Positions 35,531 to 37,480 of a DNA stretch of 37,480 nucleotides are shown here, one piece after another. Every line of letters starts with the position of its first letter. Position 1 is the stretch's first letter. The translations under genes and the position numbers were made by a program. The notes under the pieces were generated by a model that was not told where the DNA came from, did no database searches, and worked only from the letters and a program-made list of their open reading frames with translations. This stretch comes from a virus (Duplodnaviria; Caudoviricetes), in IMG/VR virus record IMGVR_UViG_3300031990_000005, positions 1 to 37,480 of that record. One strand, written 5' to 3'.

Positions 35531-35756
35531 AATCTCCTAGGCCATCGGCCGTTGTTTCACAAAGGTGGGGGACATAGCGGTTGCCCGGGTGCTGGCGCTC
35601 GTCATCCGAGAGCCGGTATGCGCCACCAAACAAGCGCCAGTGGACGGTCTTGCAACCGCAGTGTGTGCACACCGGTTTCTTGTTTTTGTTGCGCCCACGT
35701 GGCCCGTAGCCGTAGTCCAGCATTCGGCCGATATAGAAGTCGGACATCTCACCCAT
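35520..35756 (-). CDS. Hypothetical protein with CxxC motif
   Basis: From ATG at 35756 (MGEMSD...CTHCG...HLC); overlaps both neighbours. Confidence 0.6.
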   Translation of the reverse strand: MGEMSDFYIGRMLDYGYGPRGRNKNKKPVCTHCGCKTVHWRLFGGAYRLSDDERQHPGNRYVPHLCETTADGLGDCDA

Positions 35757-36306
35757 TTTTCTTGCCCCGGTTTTTGATCTTGAACAGGTGGTGCACCTGG
35801 AACACCGCATCGCCCAGCGCGTTGTGGGCCGTGCCGTCTTTATCGGCGGGGTTGTATTCGACGGCCGGGTAGAGGTTGCGCACGGTGCGGAAGTCGCGCA
35901 CGTGGCTCCAGTACCAGGGACTTTTCATGCCCAGTCGTTTGCACGCACCGTCGATTTTCGAGATGTCGAACTCGTCGGAGTTGCCCCAAGGCCGCACGTC
36001 CTCGTGGCGACAGGTCTGCGCGATCCAGGTGGCGAAATCTCCAAGCACCAGGTCGATCGGCTCACCGCCGTAGGCCACAGCCTTGCGGGCGGCATCACTC
36101 TGGCGCAGCCACCACAACACAGCACCCGCCTCCATCTGGCCACCGTGCGCCACGCTGCTCACCAGGTTGATCGTGCGGTTGAAGGTCGGACCGAGCGTGC
36201 AGGTCTGCAGGTCGAAGAACACCGCGCCGATCGACAGCAGCGCTGCGTCGTGACGTTTCCCGAGGGTTTCGGTGTCGATCATCAGGTCGAAGAATTGGGT
36301 GGTCAT
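35749..36306 (-). CDS. 3'-5' exonuclease (DEDDh/DnaQ-like)
   Basis: LMIDTETLG, WGNSDEFD, RDFRT, HNALGDAVFQ motifs. Confidence 0.88.
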   Translation of the reverse strand: MTTQFFDLMIDTETLGKRHDAALLSIGAVFFDLQTCTLGPTFNRTINLVSSVAHGGQMEAGAVLWWLRQSDAARKAVAYGGEPIDLVLGDFATWIAQTCRHEDVRPWGNSDEFDISKIDGACKRLGMKSPWYWSHVRDFRTVRNLYPAVEYNPADKDGTAHNALGDAVFQVHHLFKIKNRGKKNG

Positions 36307-36309
36307 CGT

Positions 36310-37479
36310 TCAGTCTTTCTTGTAGCGGTAGGCTTCAAACCCGGCGGCTGCCAAGGGCAGGTCGGGCGCCCAAGCGGGGTTGGTGGCCATGATCGACACG
36401 AGACCGCCTGCCGTGAACTCGTCGGTGTCTGGGACTTCGGTCAGCACTTCGTCGTGCACGGACAGGATCGGCAGGTAGCCACGCTGTTCAGCCACGGCGA
36501 GCGACGGGGCGAGGATGTCCCGTGCGATGGTCTGGCAGCAGTTGCCGGTCAGCTTGCCGCCGTGAGTGAACACACGCACCCACTGGCGTGTCGTGCGGCC
36601 CTCTTCCGAGGCTTCGCCCCAGTAGGCGATCGTGCCGTCGTCGGTGATGTGTGGGTCGAAGTAGGTCAGCAGGCGACCGCTTGGCAGCCGAACAACGAGC
36701 CAGCGCTGTCCACACTGGGCGACGGTGCGCAGCTTGATGAAGGGGCCGACGGAGAACACGACGCCCAGGTTGTTGATCGCGTTTTTCGCTGCGTTGCCCA
36801 GGTCGTACCAGAATTTTTTAGTGGCTGGGTGCCGTGCGCGCCAGGCCAATTTGCAGGTCTCGCTGGCCACCCACTCGATCTCGTCGATCTCCAGCGAGTC
36901 CAACTGTGGGCGGCCCCACGAGTTCAGGTTTTCCCACGCCTTGGCCACGTGCTCGGGCGCGATCATCCGCTGGATCGTGTCCCAGAAGTCGCTCATTTTC
37001 AGGCCGTAGGCATGCGCAAAAGTCTGGTATCCAGCCACTCCACCCTGGTAGCCGGACGCGAGGTCAGGCACCTTGCCGAAGGCGTTGCGATTTTTCTTCT
37101 CGACCTTCCAGGGGTCGCCGCCGATGATGCTCACCGCGGTGATGTTGTAGAGGTCTGGCCCGGTGCCGGCGTCGTACTCGCGGAATGCTTTGAGCTTCCA
37201 CATCTCACGCGCGATCCAGGCGAGCACACGACCCTCGATGTTCGAGAGGTCGGCCACCGCCATTTTCTTTTTCGGTGGGACGATCACGCAACCCCGCAGG
37301 GCCGCCGCGCCGAGCCGCATCAGGTCATCGAAAAACAGGGCGTGCGTGCCGAGCTTCAAGTGCTCGATGTAGTCCTCGATCACCTCGGCGGGTGGCAGGC
37401 CGCGGCTCGGCAGGTTCTGCGCCTGGTAGAGACGACCGGCCCACCGGCGGGTGCGCCCCGCGCCGGCGAACTGAAGGCC
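36310..37479 (-). CDS. Family A DNA polymerase, C-terminal part (5' end beyond the window)
   Basis: Frame is open to the window edge. RTRRWAGRLYQAQNLP, motif A ADLSNIEGR, motif B RNAFGKVPDLASGYQGG, motif C VHDE. Confidence 0.93.
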   Translation of the reverse strand, partial: GLQFAGAGRTRRWAGRLYQAQNLPSRGLPPAEVIEDYIEHLKLGTHALFFDDLMRLGAAALRGCVIVPPKKKMAVADLSNIEGRVLAWIAREMWKLKAFREYDAGTGPDLYNITAVSIIGGDPWKVEKKNRNAFGKVPDLASGYQGGVAGYQTFAHAYGLKMSDFWDTIQRMIAPEHVAKAWENLNSWGRPQLDSLEIDEIEWVASETCKLAWRARHPATKKFWYDLGNAAKNAINNLGVVFSVGPFIKLRTVAQCGQRWLVVRLPSGRLLTYFDPHITDDGTIAYWGEASEEGRTTRQWVRVFTHGGKLTGNCCQTIARDILAPSLAVAEQRGYLPILSVHDEVLTEVPDTDEFTAGGLVSIMATNPAWAPDLPLAAAGFEAYRYKKD

Positions 37480-37480
37480 G

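Overview
The window is a GC-rich tailed dsDNA phage (or prophage) with siphovirus-type structural genes. The + strand (about 146-28956) carries a lambda-like packaging and head module (TerS, gpA-type TerL, gpW, portal, ClpP-type protease, decoration protein, gpE-type capsid), a tail module and embedded spanins. A block of large virion-like genes and the holin/SAR-endolysin genes sits unusually between portal and protease. The - strand (28958-37480) carries accessory and replication genes (PolA-type polymerase cut by the window edge, exonuclease, VRR-NUC, dUTPase, SNF2 helicase, TraR-like protein, methyltransferase, excisionase-like protein). The most striking feature is an array of four integron attC-like sites (30541-31952) delimiting three gene cassettes with self-complementary ends. 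No IntI is visible, and the ORFs run antisense to the attC sites and take starts, stops and an RBS from inside them. The array abuts a chimeric ORF ending in a tyrosine-integrase C-terminus. Other notable items are a probable structured ncRNA after terL, an in-frame TAG in an 854-codon gene, a fixed-spacing late-promoter motif in four copies, a 14-bp operator-like palindrome family, a Trp-rich micro-ORF in the lysis cassette and a terminator/antiterminator switch before the tape measure gene. All calls were made by eye from motifs and synteny. No database searches or folding programs were run.
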